A DNA stretch of 64,000 nt from contig JAFZRT010000029.1 of assembly GCA_017619735.1 (NCBI GenBank), forward strand, positions 14,087 to 78,086, written 5' to 3'. The translations under genes were made by a program, and so were the position numbers. The number at the start of each line of letters is the position of its first letter. Positions within the stretch are counted from its first letter, which is position 1. The notes below the pieces were generated by a model. It saw only the letters and a program-made list of their open reading frames with translations, had not been told where the DNA came from and made no database searches. Origin of the DNA: Clostridia bacterium (GTDB lineage Bacteria > Bacillota > Clostridia > Christensenellales > CAG-138). Positions 19,403 through 28,735 of this stretch are shown in pieces.

Positions 19403-20566
19403 TCAGCGGTTAAGGTAGAACGTGTGCGCTCTGCGGGAGATATCGCAGGTGACTTCGTAGTTGATCGTGTTGACCATAACGGCTACCTCCTCGGCGGAGA
19501 TGCCTCCGTTGCCGAATATCACGACCTCGTCGCCGCGCTTTACGTCGGAGCCGGTCACGTCGCACATGCACATATCCATACACACGCGGCCGATCTGAGG
19601 GAAGCGCTGACCGTTGATGGTCATTATCGCCTGGTTGGTGAGTCTCCTCGGGAAGCCGTCAGCATATCCGATGGAGATAACTGCGACCTTCATGTCATGC
19701 TCCGCCTTAAAGAGGCGCCCGTAGCTGATGGTGGATCCGGCGGGTATGTCGCGGACGAGTGCTACGCGGGATTTGAGCGTCATTACGGGCTTCAGCGGGC
19801 CCTCCTGGGGCTTGCTGTCGGGATACATGCCGTAAAGGATGATACCCTCTCTGACGTAATCGAAGTGCAGATCGGGATATTCCATTATCGCGGCGGAGTT
19901 CGAGACATGGCATTTCTCGATATTGATGCCGCGGGCGATAAGGCCGTTCCTCACGTCACAGTAGTTCTTATACTGCGCCTCGGTGTAGCTGTATTGTTCG
20001 GGGACGTCGGCCACGGCGAAATGCGTGTAGAGACCGACCGCGTTGAGGTGGGGCAGATTGTAGATATGCTCCGCGTCGTCTATGGCCTTGTCGATGACCC
20101 TGCGCCCGCCGATATGACCGTGCGCGTAAAGACCGATCCTGCCCATACCGGTATCGATCTTGATATGGACCTTGATCCTGACGTGAGCTTCCTCGGCGGC
20201 CTTGTTGAGCTCGTCCGCGTGCGATACGTCGACGACGGTCTGCTCAAGGTCGTAATAGGAGAGCTCCTTTACGAATATCGCGGGCGTGTAGCCCAGTATC
20301 AATATGGGTATGCTTATGCCGTTTTCGCGGAGCTCCAAGGCCTCCTCGATGCAGGCGACGGCGAACATGTCCGCGCCGTTATCCTGCAGGTATTTGCCGC
20401 ATTCGACTGCGCCGTGACCGTATGCGTCGCCCTTTATGACGCATATCACGGGCTTGCCCGAAACGCGCTTGGCGTATTCGAGATTGGACTTCATGGCCGC
20501 AAGGTCAATTTCGGCCCATGTGCGGTAGCGGAGGTTGTTCTGGAATGTCACATTGTGAACGAACAT
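19403..20566 (-). CDS. alr: Alanine racemase
   Basis: 387-aa ORF with VIKGDAYGHG (PLP-Lys region), typical length and a C-terminal beta domain. It starts 13 nt downstream of orr. Confidence 0.9.
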   Translation of the reverse strand: MFVHNVTFQNNLRYRTWAEIDLAAMKSNLEYAKRVSGKPVICVIKGDAYGHGAVECGKYLQDNGADMFAVACIEEALELRENGISIPILILGYTPAIFVKELSYYDLEQTVVDVSHADELNKAAEEAHVRIKVHIKIDTGMGRIGLYAHGHIGGRRVIDKAIDDAEHIYNLPHLNAVGLYTHFAVADVPEQYSYTEAQYKNYCDVRNGLIARGINIEKCHVSNSAAIMEYPDLHFDYVREGIILYGMYPDSKPQEGPLKPVMTLKSRVALVRDIPAGSTISYGRLFKAEHDMKVAVISIGYADGFPRRLTNQAIMTINGQRFPQIGRVCMDMCMCDVTGSDVKRGDEVVIFGNGGISAEEVAVMVNTINYEVTCDISRRAHTFYLNR

Positions 20567-20579
20567 TTTTCTGCCTTTC

Positions 20580-21653
20580 TTATTTCAGGTCGATATAATG
20601 CCTATCGACATATTTGCTTGTGAAGAGGTGGAGGAGCGCGCCGTAATCCGGTATGAACCTCACGATATCGCCCACCTTGTATTCGTGCGAGCAGGCGGTA
20701 AGGTTGACAATGAGGTGATCCGAGCTCGCGCCTATTATCTCGACCTCGGGATCAAGGGGGGTCAGACCGTCGACAGAGACGTCCTGACGGCCAATGCCGA
20801 GTATCGCGCGCTTCATGATACCGCGGTCGGGATACTCTAGGTATTCGCCGAACGCGTTGGGGCCGGACCTTCCGATGGGCTTCGAGGGCTTTTCCTTCAG
20901 CTCGACTATCTCCGCTTCGAGTACGAAGCAGTCGGTAAACAGTCCGGGAACGGGCTTGCCCGTCGCCGTGTCGTTGCCCAGAACGAAGCTTTCCCCGAGG
21001 CGCAGATGATTTATCCCCGCGGGGACTGAATGATCGACGAGCATCCCCATAGTGGAGGAATTGCCGCCGGATACCACGGGTATCTCGGCTCCGAGTTCAC
21101 GCCTCAGCATTTCGGCCGTTCGTACGAGGCCGCCGAGATTGTTTTCATCGGGGAGTATGCCGCCGTAGCATGTGAGATTGACGCCCACGCCGTAAAGCTC
21201 CAGCGCTTCGGAATCGTTAATTAGCTTTGCCGTTTCTATTATAGAGGCGGTGTCGGTGTTGAATATGCCCTCGCGAAGATCGCCCATATCGATCATGAGT
21301 ATAGCCTTATGGCGGCGGCCGATTTTCATAGCCGCCTCGTTCAGCAGGGCTATCGTCGCGGGCTCGCTCTGCATGGATATCTCGGAGCAGGAGACGATCC
21401 TTTCGGCCTCGGACTGCATGCCTATCCTCAGCAGCAGGCGGGGCTTGCGGACGTTCATGGTTTCGAGGTTCTGCGTCCTCGAATCCGCGAGCATCGCGGC
21501 GGAGCCGGAGTCGATGAGCCCGACTATCCTCTCGTCGGCGCAGAAGACCTTCGTGACTATCGCGGCGTCGATGCCGTTTTCACGGCAGAGCTCCAAAAGG
21601 AAATCGAGGTTATGCTTCAGTTTGTTCAGGTCAATGCTGACTGCTGGATACAT
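20580..21653 (-). CDS. orr: Ornithine racemase (fold-type III PLP enzyme)
   Basis: 357-aa alanine-racemase-N-like ORF (AAIVTKVFC PLP-Lys region), in the position orr occupies in the ornithine-degradation cluster. Confidence 0.7.
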   Translation of the reverse strand: MYPAVSIDLNKLKHNLDFLLELCRENGIDAAIVTKVFCADERIVGLIDSGSAAMLADSRTQNLETMNVRKPRLLLRIGMQSEAERIVSCSEISMQSEPATIALLNEAAMKIGRRHKAILMIDMGDLREGIFNTDTASIIETAKLINDSEALELYGVGVNLTCYGGILPDENNLGGLVRTAEMLRRELGAEIPVVSGGNSSTMGMLVDHSVPAGINHLRLGESFVLGNDTATGKPVPGLFTDCFVLEAEIVELKEKPSKPIGRSGPNAFGEYLEYPDRGIMKRAILGIGRQDVSVDGLTPLDPEVEIIGASSDHLIVNLTACSHEYKVGDIVRFIPDYGALLHLFTSKYVDRHYIDLK

Positions 21654-21669
21654 TTCTTCCGCCTTTCGT

Positions 21670-23034
21670 TCAGTTGATTCCGAGACTCTGCTTCATCAAA
21701 GAGAGAGCCGCTTCCGGATACTGCTTGCTCAATACGCCGAGCGAAGCCATTATGTAATCCGAGTCGTACAAAAGCTCGAGCACCGAGGGCTTGGGGAACA
21801 GCATCATGCCGTTTTCGTTCGAATCGGCGATCCTGCGCATTATGCGCTTCCTGTCGGGGAGCCGGGTCAGCGCACCGCCCGTTGCCACGAGGTATTTGAG
21901 CTTGGTAAGGTCCTTGCCCTCGGCTATGGTCTGGCGGCCTCTCGGCGTGTAGATATAGCGCAGCGCGCCGGCATGGCGCTCGATCGAGGCCAGACCCGCG
22001 GCGAGGCAGAGCCGCTGTGTGAGCTTGAACTGCTCCGGAGTCTCGGGTATGGGCTTGTAGTATTCCATGACCGCATCGATATCAAGACCGAGCTCCTTCT
22101 GCAGCTTGTCTCGGCCTATCATGTCGATCACGTTGTGCGCGTTGACGTACATGCCGAGGTCGCCCTCGACAGTGCGCTTTGCAAAGGGTTCGGGAGTTGT
22201 CTGTATCGTCGCTATCTCGTCGCTGCCCGCGGTGACGGAGTGCACGTCGGTTGTTGCGCCGCCTATGTCGATGACGGCAAGATCGCCTATCTCGTTGTAA
22301 AGGAGCTGCGCCGCTTCCATGACCGCGCCGGGCGTGGGGATGATGTTTCCCTTTACCATGTCGCGGACGTGCTCCATGCCGGCGGCCTTTATTATATGCT
22401 CCTCGAACACCTTGTGTATTATCCTTCTCGCGGGCTCGATGTTCAGAAGATCGAGCTTCGGATAGACGTTTTCTGTTATATAGAGGGGTATTTCGGTCCC
22501 CTTGAATATCTCGGTTATTATGTGATGATTCTGAATGTTGCCGCCGTAGATGACCGGGACCTTCAGCCCCGAAGCGGCGATCTTCTTCGCGTTCTCGACG
22601 GCGGTCTCACGCTCGCCGTAGTCGGTGCCGCCGGCGATGAGTATGAGGTTGGGATTGATCGCTTTTATGTCCTCGATATCGTAATCGGACATAATACCCG
22701 CGGTAGCATGCTTGATTATGGCTCCCGCGCCGAGTGCTGCGGCACGGGCGGCCTTGACAGTCATATCGTAAACGAGACCGTGAACCGTCATGCGAAGCCC
22801 GCCGGCGGCGCTGGAGGTCGCGAAAGCGATGCCGTAATCTATACTGTCGGCGCCGAGGTTCTTCGCAAGATCGTCTATTGCCGCGCTCAGGCCAACGCGG
22901 ACGTCGCCCTCCAGAACGGAGGTGGGGGCCTGACCCTGCCCGATAAAGCGCGGCGAATCGGTGTCGATGCCGCTGAAGGCATTGACGAGAGTGGTCGTCG
23001 ATCCTATTTCGTAAACGAGTACGTCGATATTCAT
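21670..23034 (-). CDS. MutL-like (glutamate mutase MutL family) putative aminomutase reactivase
   Basis: ATG at 23034 (MNIDVLVYEIGSTTTLVNAF...). The track's TTG at 23049 is less likely. ASKHA-like ATPase repeats (DIGGATTDVHS). It lies between oraE and orr. Confidence 0.7.
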   Translation of the reverse strand: MNIDVLVYEIGSTTTLVNAFSGIDTDSPRFIGQGQAPTSVLEGDVRVGLSAAIDDLAKNLGADSIDYGIAFATSSAAGGLRMTVHGLVYDMTVKAARAAALGAGAIIKHATAGIMSDYDIEDIKAINPNLILIAGGTDYGERETAVENAKKIAASGLKVPVIYGGNIQNHHIITEIFKGTEIPLYITENVYPKLDLLNIEPARRIIHKVFEEHIIKAAGMEHVRDMVKGNIIPTPGAVMEAAQLLYNEIGDLAVIDIGGATTDVHSVTAGSDEIATIQTTPEPFAKRTVEGDLGMYVNAHNVIDMIGRDKLQKELGLDIDAVMEYYKPIPETPEQFKLTQRLCLAAGLASIERHAGALRYIYTPRGRQTIAEGKDLTKLKYLVATGGALTRLPDRKRIMRRIADSNENGMMLFPKPSVLELLYDSDYIMASLGVLSKQYPEAALSLMKQSLGIN

Positions 23035-23107
23035 AAGGTTATCCCACAAACGGGAACCGCCGTTTTCACAGCGGCTCCCGCGTTTCGTTCATTGATGGGG
23101 GAGAGGG

Positions 23108-25333
23108 TCACATCTTGCCCTCTTTTTCCATCTCCCATCTCTTCTTGATAAGGAACGTGGCGTTGTGCACGCCGTGGCTGCCGCGGCCGAAGCCCTCGTC
23201 CGCGCCGGCTTTCCTGGCGAGCTCGGGCGTGACCTGCGTGCCGCCCGCGATGAATATGATCTTATCGCGGATACCCATTTCGCGGCAGATCTGATCGATC
23301 TTGGCGATGTTCTTGTAATGGATATCGTCGTGGCTGATTATGGTCGAAGCCATTATCGCGTCGGCGTGGGTCTCGATAGCCGCGTTGACGAGCTTCTCGG
23401 GCGGGCAGGAGGTGCCGAGGTATACGACCTCCATGCCGTATTTCTCGATGCCGCCGTGCTTGATGTCGATGATCTCGCGGAGGCCGACGGAATGCTCGTC
23501 TTCGCCGACTGTCGCGGCGACGATCTTCATGGGCCTGCGCTCGATATCCTTGCGGATCTCATCGTCGGAGAGCACGTCCGGCTCCTTGGGAATCACGAGC
23601 GAATCCACGTCGATATCGAAGGGCACCTTGCCCTTGACCTCGATGCGCGTGCCGTCCTGCGGATGCATTATCTCGCGGGAGATGACCTCGCACTCGACAA
23701 GGTTCATGCGCTTCGCACATTCCAGAGCCGCGGCTTCGGCGATGGCCTTGGGAGCGGGGAAGAACATGGTGAGCATCACGGTACCGTCAGCGAGCCATTC
23801 CATTTCGGGACGGATCTTCTTGCCGCCGGGGGTGAACTCCTTGGAATCGGCCATACGGACGTTGACGTTGTCGTTCTCGTCCAGCTCGTCGATGTAGATG
23901 ATCTTATCGGGATCCTCTAGCGTGCAGCCGCCTATGAGAGCGGCGGGATCGGCGGGATCTCCGCCGTACTGCTCGACGTTGTTGTACCCGTAATGCGCGG
24001 TAACGGGAGCCATGTACTGCTTGTCGCGCTTGACTATCGTGCCGGCGCCTATGCCGCCGTTGATCTTCCTTGCGATACCGTCGCCGTTGCGCTCGGGATA
24101 GATGCCGGAATCGACGAAGAAGCCCTCTTCCACGGCCGCGAAGTAGCCGCCCAGTTCAAGCATCTCCTCCATGAAGAGGATCGCCCTTTCCTTCAGCTCG
24201 CGGGCCTTCTCACGCAGATAGCCGTCCTTCTTCAGCTCGACCATGTCCATAAGACCGTCCATACCGATCAGCGCCTGCTTCGCGGTGTCGCACGCCTCGA
24301 TATTGTAGATGTGCCAGGGCACGTTTCGGCCTTCGTCCGGGGTGATGGTGGACTGGATGTCGGCGCTCGTGAGCTTCGATATGACCATGTTGAGAACATG
24401 GGTGACCGTCGCCTCACGGGTGGAGGACTCGATGTACTTGGTGTTCATCTGCGCCCTCATGCGGTACTCGTGGAAGAGATCGCGCAGCGCCACGGCGTAA
24501 GGCAGATCCATGTGGATACAGGGCGCCGGAGTCGCGGTCGGGGGAACGGTGGAGAGGCAGATGTTCTTTTTGGGAACGCCGACCCTCGCGGAGAATATTG
24601 CGTTGATTCCGTGCTGCACCATGAGCTCGGGCATGACCTTCCACGCCTCTCTTGCGGTGGCGTTGGCGTTGTGCGCGCCGTCGATCTGCGCCATGCCGGC
24701 CCAGGCGATGAGCTTCTTCGATTCGCAGGCGTCTACGAAGGAGCGCATCATGTTGATATTGCGGTAGATGACGTTGTACTGCGGATCCTGATGGACGCCG
24801 TTGACGCCCTCCTCGGCGAACATTACGGCGATATCAGGTCCTGCGACGCCGGAAACGTAGCTGTGATAGTTGATGGGCCTTCCGACCTCATCCTCGATCA
24901 TGTCGAGCGCCTTGCGCTGTGCCCTGACCTGCTTTCTCGTGATGGGGACGCCGCCCATGCCCTGGGGAGTGCCCTCTATGAGGCCGTCAAAGTGGCTCTG
25001 ACCGGCGGTGCGGATGACCATGATATGATCCGCGCCGTGATGAGCGGCCATGCGCATGCGGCGGATATCGTCCTCGAAACGGCCGGAGGCGATCTCCGTC
25101 GTGATGACGGGCGCGGGCTGAGGATCGATGTCGCCGAAGTAGTGAGCGGGGGGAAGGGGAACGGAGCTCTTCAGCGGCTCGGTGGCTTCCAAATACTCGA
25201 ACGGTCCCATTTTGAGGCCGGGGACGGGCTTGCGCCAAGTCCAGCCCCTGCGGCGGGGACGGTACTTGTCAAGATCCTTCAGGATCTCCGCTACGTTGAT
25301 GGGTGCATCGGGAGAAAGTTTGTAATCGCTCAT
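23108..25333 (-). CDS. oraE: D-ornithine 4,5-aminomutase, large (beta/E) subunit, B12- and PLP-dependent
   Basis: 741 aa, the expected size. C-terminal Rossmann B12 domain with the DxHxxG motif (GEDEHSVG). Directly preceded by the 121-aa small subunit. Confidence 0.85.
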   Translation of the reverse strand: MSDYKLSPDAPINVAEILKDLDKYRPRRRGWTWRKPVPGLKMGPFEYLEATEPLKSSVPLPPAHYFGDIDPQPAPVITTEIASGRFEDDIRRMRMAAHHGADHIMVIRTAGQSHFDGLIEGTPQGMGGVPITRKQVRAQRKALDMIEDEVGRPINYHSYVSGVAGPDIAVMFAEEGVNGVHQDPQYNVIYRNINMMRSFVDACESKKLIAWAGMAQIDGAHNANATAREAWKVMPELMVQHGINAIFSARVGVPKKNICLSTVPPTATPAPCIHMDLPYAVALRDLFHEYRMRAQMNTKYIESSTREATVTHVLNMVISKLTSADIQSTITPDEGRNVPWHIYNIEACDTAKQALIGMDGLMDMVELKKDGYLREKARELKERAILFMEEMLELGGYFAAVEEGFFVDSGIYPERNGDGIARKINGGIGAGTIVKRDKQYMAPVTAHYGYNNVEQYGGDPADPAALIGGCTLEDPDKIIYIDELDENDNVNVRMADSKEFTPGGKKIRPEMEWLADGTVMLTMFFPAPKAIAEAAALECAKRMNLVECEVISREIMHPQDGTRIEVKGKVPFDIDVDSLVIPKEPDVLSDDEIRKDIERRPMKIVAATVGEDEHSVGLREIIDIKHGGIEKYGMEVVYLGTSCPPEKLVNAAIETHADAIMASTIISHDDIHYKNIAKIDQICREMGIRDKIIFIAGGTQVTPELARKAGADEGFGRGSHGVHNATFLIKKRWEMEKEGKM

Positions 25334-25698
25334 TATTCGTTACCTCCCTTGAAGAGATCGGCCGCATCGTCCCAGAGACGGCCGTTCACGAGCTCGAGGC
25401 CGGCGGGCCTTATGTCCATGCCCTTGGCCTTGGCAAGACGGTAGACCACGTTGCCCGCGCCGTAGCACATGAGCGAACGCTCGACGCATCCCTCGACAAT
25501 GGCTTTCGCCTCTATGGAGGAGAAGCCCATGCGGAGCAATACGGAACGCTCGATGGCGGGGGAGGTGTACTCCTTGCCCATCTGGAGAAGAGGATCCACG
25601 AGCTTGTTCGCAAGCTCCCAGAAGCGCTGCTCGATCTGCTCGTCGGTGAGATCCTTCAGGTGCTCATGGCGATTTTTGAAATCGTCGTCACGTTTCAT
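25333..25698 (-). CDS. oraS: D-ornithine 4,5-aminomutase, small (alpha/S) subunit
   Basis: 121-aa ORF with a 1-nt overlap to oraE. Size and position match OraS. Confidence 0.8.
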   Translation of the reverse strand: MKRDDDFKNRHEHLKDLTDEQIEQRFWELANKLVDPLLQMGKEYTSPAIERSVLLRMGFSSIEAKAIVEGCVERSLMCYGAGNVVYRLAKAKGMDIRPAGLELVNGRLWDDAADLFKGGNE

Positions 25699-25722
25699 AA
25701 CTGTTGTCCTCCGTGTTGGTTT

Positions 25723-27117
25723 TCAAAGTGAAGCGACAGCGTCGCGGACGAACTGCTCGTTCGTGTTGGTCTCCTCAACGAGGAACCTGATATCCTCATC
25801 CGTGAGCTCGTCCTTGCGGGAGCCGACGGCTCTCTTGATCCTGGATCTGCGCATATGGTCGAGATCGAGGTCGGTCACGCGGATGAGCGAGGGGTGAGCG
25901 GGCAGTATGATGTTCTTGCCGGGTATCTCATCCTTAGGATCGCCGAAATGGATGTCGATGCCGTTCTGACGGGCGAAGGAGAGCTGGGGATTGAGGTGCT
26001 TGCCCGCGCCGGTGTATTCGGTCTCCTGAACGACAATGCACTGATCGCGGTCCATGTCCTGAGCGAGGCAGAAAGCCGCGGCGAGGGAAGTGTTTCCCGC
26101 CGGACCCTTCTCAAGGCCTTCGAGCGAGGCGAGGCATTCGGTGATGTAGAACACGCTGCCCTGTGTGACGGTCACGTACCTGTCCATGTAGCGGAGAGGC
26201 CTTGCGGCGCTCCTCGGCACGTCGGAATGGTCGGGATTAACGGTATAGGGAACGCCGAAGCCGGTGTGGCCGGTGGTGAAGCTCTTCTTGTTGAACTGGC
26301 TGTCGCTCGCCATGTGCAGACCGGAGAGGTTGACGGAAGCCGCAACGACCTTTGCGCTGCAGCCGGCCTTCCTGAGGCCCCTTGCAGTGCCGGTGAGGTT
26401 GCCGCCGCCCGCGTTCGTGCAGACGACCACGTCCGGATCCCTGCCTATCTTGGCACGGAACTGCTCCGCTATCTCATAGCCGAGCGTTTCGACGCCGGCG
26501 ATTCCGAACGGGGTGTAGAGGGAAGCGTTGAAATAACCGGTCTCCTCGAGGAGCTGGAGCACCGTGGAGAAGAGCTCGGGACCGACTGTGAGCTGGACGA
26601 CCTCGGCGCCAAGCGCTTCGCACTTGCGGGCCTTCTCGATTATCTCGGGCTGACCCACGCCCTTCGAGTCGTAGCATTCCTGAACGACGATGCACTTGAG
26701 CCCCGCCATTGCCGCGCAGCACGCGACGGCAGCGCCGTAGTTGCCGCTCGTCGCGGTGACGACGCCCTTATAGCCGAGCTTCTTCGCCTGATAGACGCTC
26801 GTGCAGGCACGGCGCGCCTTGAACGAGCCGGAGGGGTTGGACGCCTCGTCCTTGATGAATATGCGCGCGCCCTTACCCTCGGGAGCGCACTTGCGCGCGA
26901 GCTCGGTGAGGTTCTTGAGCTCGATCAGCGGGGTGTTGCCGATCGAGAACATGGACTGTACGCGCCTGATCTCTTCGATGGTGTAACCGGTGGCTTCCAT
27001 CATGGCCTCGTAATCGAAGCCGATGCCGGGCTTCTCGAACTTTTCGAAGTCCATGCCGACCGCGTTCTTTATGATCTCGTTCTTGCGGGCCATTATCGCG
27101 TCATAGCTGTTATCCAT
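25723..27117 (-). CDS. ortB: 2-amino-4-oxopentanoate thiolase, beta subunit (PLP, Trp-synthase-beta fold)
   Basis: 464-aa ORF with NPSGSFKAR (PLP-Lys), TATSGNYG, and a Gly-rich loop NAGGGNLTG. Overlaps ortA by 1 nt. Confidence 0.8.
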   Translation of the reverse strand: MDNSYDAIMARKNEIIKNAVGMDFEKFEKPGIGFDYEAMMEATGYTIEEIRRVQSMFSIGNTPLIELKNLTELARKCAPEGKGARIFIKDEASNPSGSFKARRACTSVYQAKKLGYKGVVTATSGNYGAAVACCAAMAGLKCIVVQECYDSKGVGQPEIIEKARKCEALGAEVVQLTVGPELFSTVLQLLEETGYFNASLYTPFGIAGVETLGYEIAEQFRAKIGRDPDVVVCTNAGGGNLTGTARGLRKAGCSAKVVAASVNLSGLHMASDSQFNKKSFTTGHTGFGVPYTVNPDHSDVPRSAARPLRYMDRYVTVTQGSVFYITECLASLEGLEKGPAGNTSLAAAFCLAQDMDRDQCIVVQETEYTGAGKHLNPQLSFARQNGIDIHFGDPKDEIPGKNIILPAHPSLIRVTDLDLDHMRRSRIKRAVGSRKDELTDEDIRFLVEETNTNEQFVRDAVASL

Positions 27118-27416
27118 CAGTCTTCACCTCCGAACGTGATCCTGCGTACCTGGTCGCCGATCTCCAGCACCTCGGGTACGAAGAATCCGAAATTATGCTC
27201 GAAATAGGGGTTGACCTTAACGACGGTGCCCTTCGCGTGACGGCCGGTGCGGGTGACGACCTCCGCGACTTCGCCTATTTCGGCGTCCTCGGTGAGGTGG
27301 CCCTTTACCCACATCTCAAGAGGATTGACTTTCGTATCCTCGGGAAGAGCGGAAGAGCGCTCCTCGGGCGGCAGAACGATGTTGTGTATCTGCACCCAAT
27401 CGCCTTTCTTTGCCAT
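27117..27416 (-). CDS. ortA: 2-amino-4-oxopentanoate thiolase, alpha subunit
   Basis: 99-aa ORF immediately upstream of and overlapping ortB. Size and position match OrtA. Confidence 0.75.
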   Translation of the reverse strand: MAKKGDWVQIHNIVLPPEERSSALPEDTKVNPLEMWVKGHLTEDAEIGEVAEVVTRTGRHAKGTVVKVNPYFEHNFGFFVPEVLEIGDQVRRITFGGED

Positions 27417-27477
27417 AATTACCTCCAGTATGATAAAGCTTGGGAAGTCGGCTTAAGCGCCGGCTTCCCGTCATCTA

Positions 27478-28524
27478 TTATTTCTCTATATAGTCGCGGA
27501 AGTCGCCCATGATGGCATGGGGAACGGGCAGATCGATCATGGTCTTCAGGCCGGGTTTGGCGTTGATGACGTGGGGGATCATGTTGACGCACATCGCGAT
27601 CGTGCCGAGGCCGCCCTCGACTTCGGGGGTGTTGGCAACGTGGATTGCGGGAGTGCCCTCGATAACGACGTAATCGCCGGTATGGGTGCCCTCCATCTCG
27701 GGCTCGATCTGCTGGGGATGGATGAGGTCGATCTTCATCTTGCCGTCGACGTAGGCCTGCGCGGTCATATTGACGCCCGCGACGTTGCCCGCGGCAGCGA
27801 AGCCGTAGGGAGCCTGACGGTCGACCTTGGTGACGATGGGCGCCATCTGCTTCTCGAACTTGTCGATCTTCCAGCCGAGAGCTTCGGCGATCATGCCGGC
27901 GGACTCTTCAAAACCGACGTGACCGGCGAGGGTGCCGTCCTCAACGCCCTTGTTGAACTCGTCGACGGTGATGCCGATGCCCTGCTCCTTCATAACGGCG
28001 GGGCCGAAGGGGGAGAGGGAGTTGACACGCTTGCACATAACGGATTCGACGTCGATCATGCAGCCGGAAAGGCAGATGGCGAGAAGGTCCATCATGAGGC
28101 CCGGGTTGATGCCGGTGCCGAGCACGGATACGCCGTTCTCCTTCGCGATGCGGTCGAGTTCCGCAGCGAGCTCGGGATGCTGCGCCTTGGGATAGCTCAT
28201 CTCCTCGGCGGTGGTGACGACGTTGATGCCGTTTTCGAGAACGAACTTGATCTTCGGGAACACGGCGGGTACGAAGGAATCGGTCGCGACGATGGCTACG
28301 TCCGCGGCGCCCTTGTAGATGACGGTGTTGATATCGTTGGAGATGAGGACGTCCTTCCTTTCGCCCCTCTCGATGCCGAGACGGTCGAAAATGCTCATTC
28401 CGTTGAGCTTATCCCACATGTCGCAAACGCCGGTGATCTCCACGCCCTTTTTGCCGAGGAGCATCTTTGCGATACCGGAACCCATCGCGCCGAAACCCCA
28501 GATAGCAACTCTAACATTTTCCAT
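27478..28524 (-). CDS. ord: 2,4-diaminopentanoate dehydrogenase
   Basis: Start moved to ATG 28524 (GGAGG RBS at 28531..28535). MENVRVAIWGFGAMGSG is a Rossmann N-terminus of the DapB-like family. First gene of the cluster. The track's extra 47 N-terminal codons run through the AT-rich promoter region. Confidence 0.8.
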   Translation of the reverse strand: MENVRVAIWGFGAMGSGIAKMLLGKKGVEITGVCDMWDKLNGMSIFDRLGIERGERKDVLISNDINTVIYKGAADVAIVATDSFVPAVFPKIKFVLENGINVVTTAEEMSYPKAQHPELAAELDRIAKENGVSVLGTGINPGLMMDLLAICLSGCMIDVESVMCKRVNSLSPFGPAVMKEQGIGITVDEFNKGVEDGTLAGHVGFEESAGMIAEALGWKIDKFEKQMAPIVTKVDRQAPYGFAAAGNVAGVNMTAQAYVDGKMKIDLIHPQQIEPEMEGTHTGDYVVIEGTPAIHVANTPEVEGGLGTIAMCVNMIPHVINAKPGLKTMIDLPVPHAIMGDFRDYIEK

Positions 28525-28582
28525 AATTGACCTCCGTGAAATTGATTCAGTACAGTATTTTTCAAAATACTCCCAAATACAA

Positions 28583-28611
28583 ATTATATCATATGCATTA
28601 TGCATCTGCAA
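28583..28611 (-). promoter_or_regulatory. Putative sigma-A promoter of the ord operon, with a quasi-palindrome in the spacer
   Basis: Minus strand reads TTGCAG-17 nt-TATAAT. The spacer contains ATGCATAATGCAT (28593..28605). Confidence 0.45.
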
Positions 28612-28659
28612 ACCCAAAAGGGAACGGAAAAAGATTATATTTTCAATCAAAACGAGCTG

Positions 28660-28688
28660 TTGCAAAAGGCAGAAATGATCTGTATAAT
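28660..28688 (+). promoter_or_regulatory. Putative sigma-A promoter of the dockerin-protein gene
   Basis: TTGCAA-17 nt-TATAAT with an extended -10 TG (TGTATAAT). RBS AGGAGG sits before ATG 28736. Confidence 0.55.
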
Positions 28689-28735
28689 AATGCTGTTAGG
28701 TTTATATCGATCCAAATCAACAGGAGGAACAGAAC

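Noticed and set aside
21250-23148. 632-aa plus-strand ORF across orr and the MutL-like gene. The same applies to 23165..23920, 23993..25444, 25855..27207 and 27517..28530 across the ornithine operon.
   Set aside because: All are antisense to recognisable, tightly packed operon genes with proper RBSs and overlapping stops and starts. None has an RBS or a motif.
28525-28735. Cobalamin riboswitch upstream of the B12-dependent aminomutase operon
   Set aside because: The leader is about 55 nt and AT-rich, with only one small hairpin. That is far too short, and it lacks the conserved B12-box.
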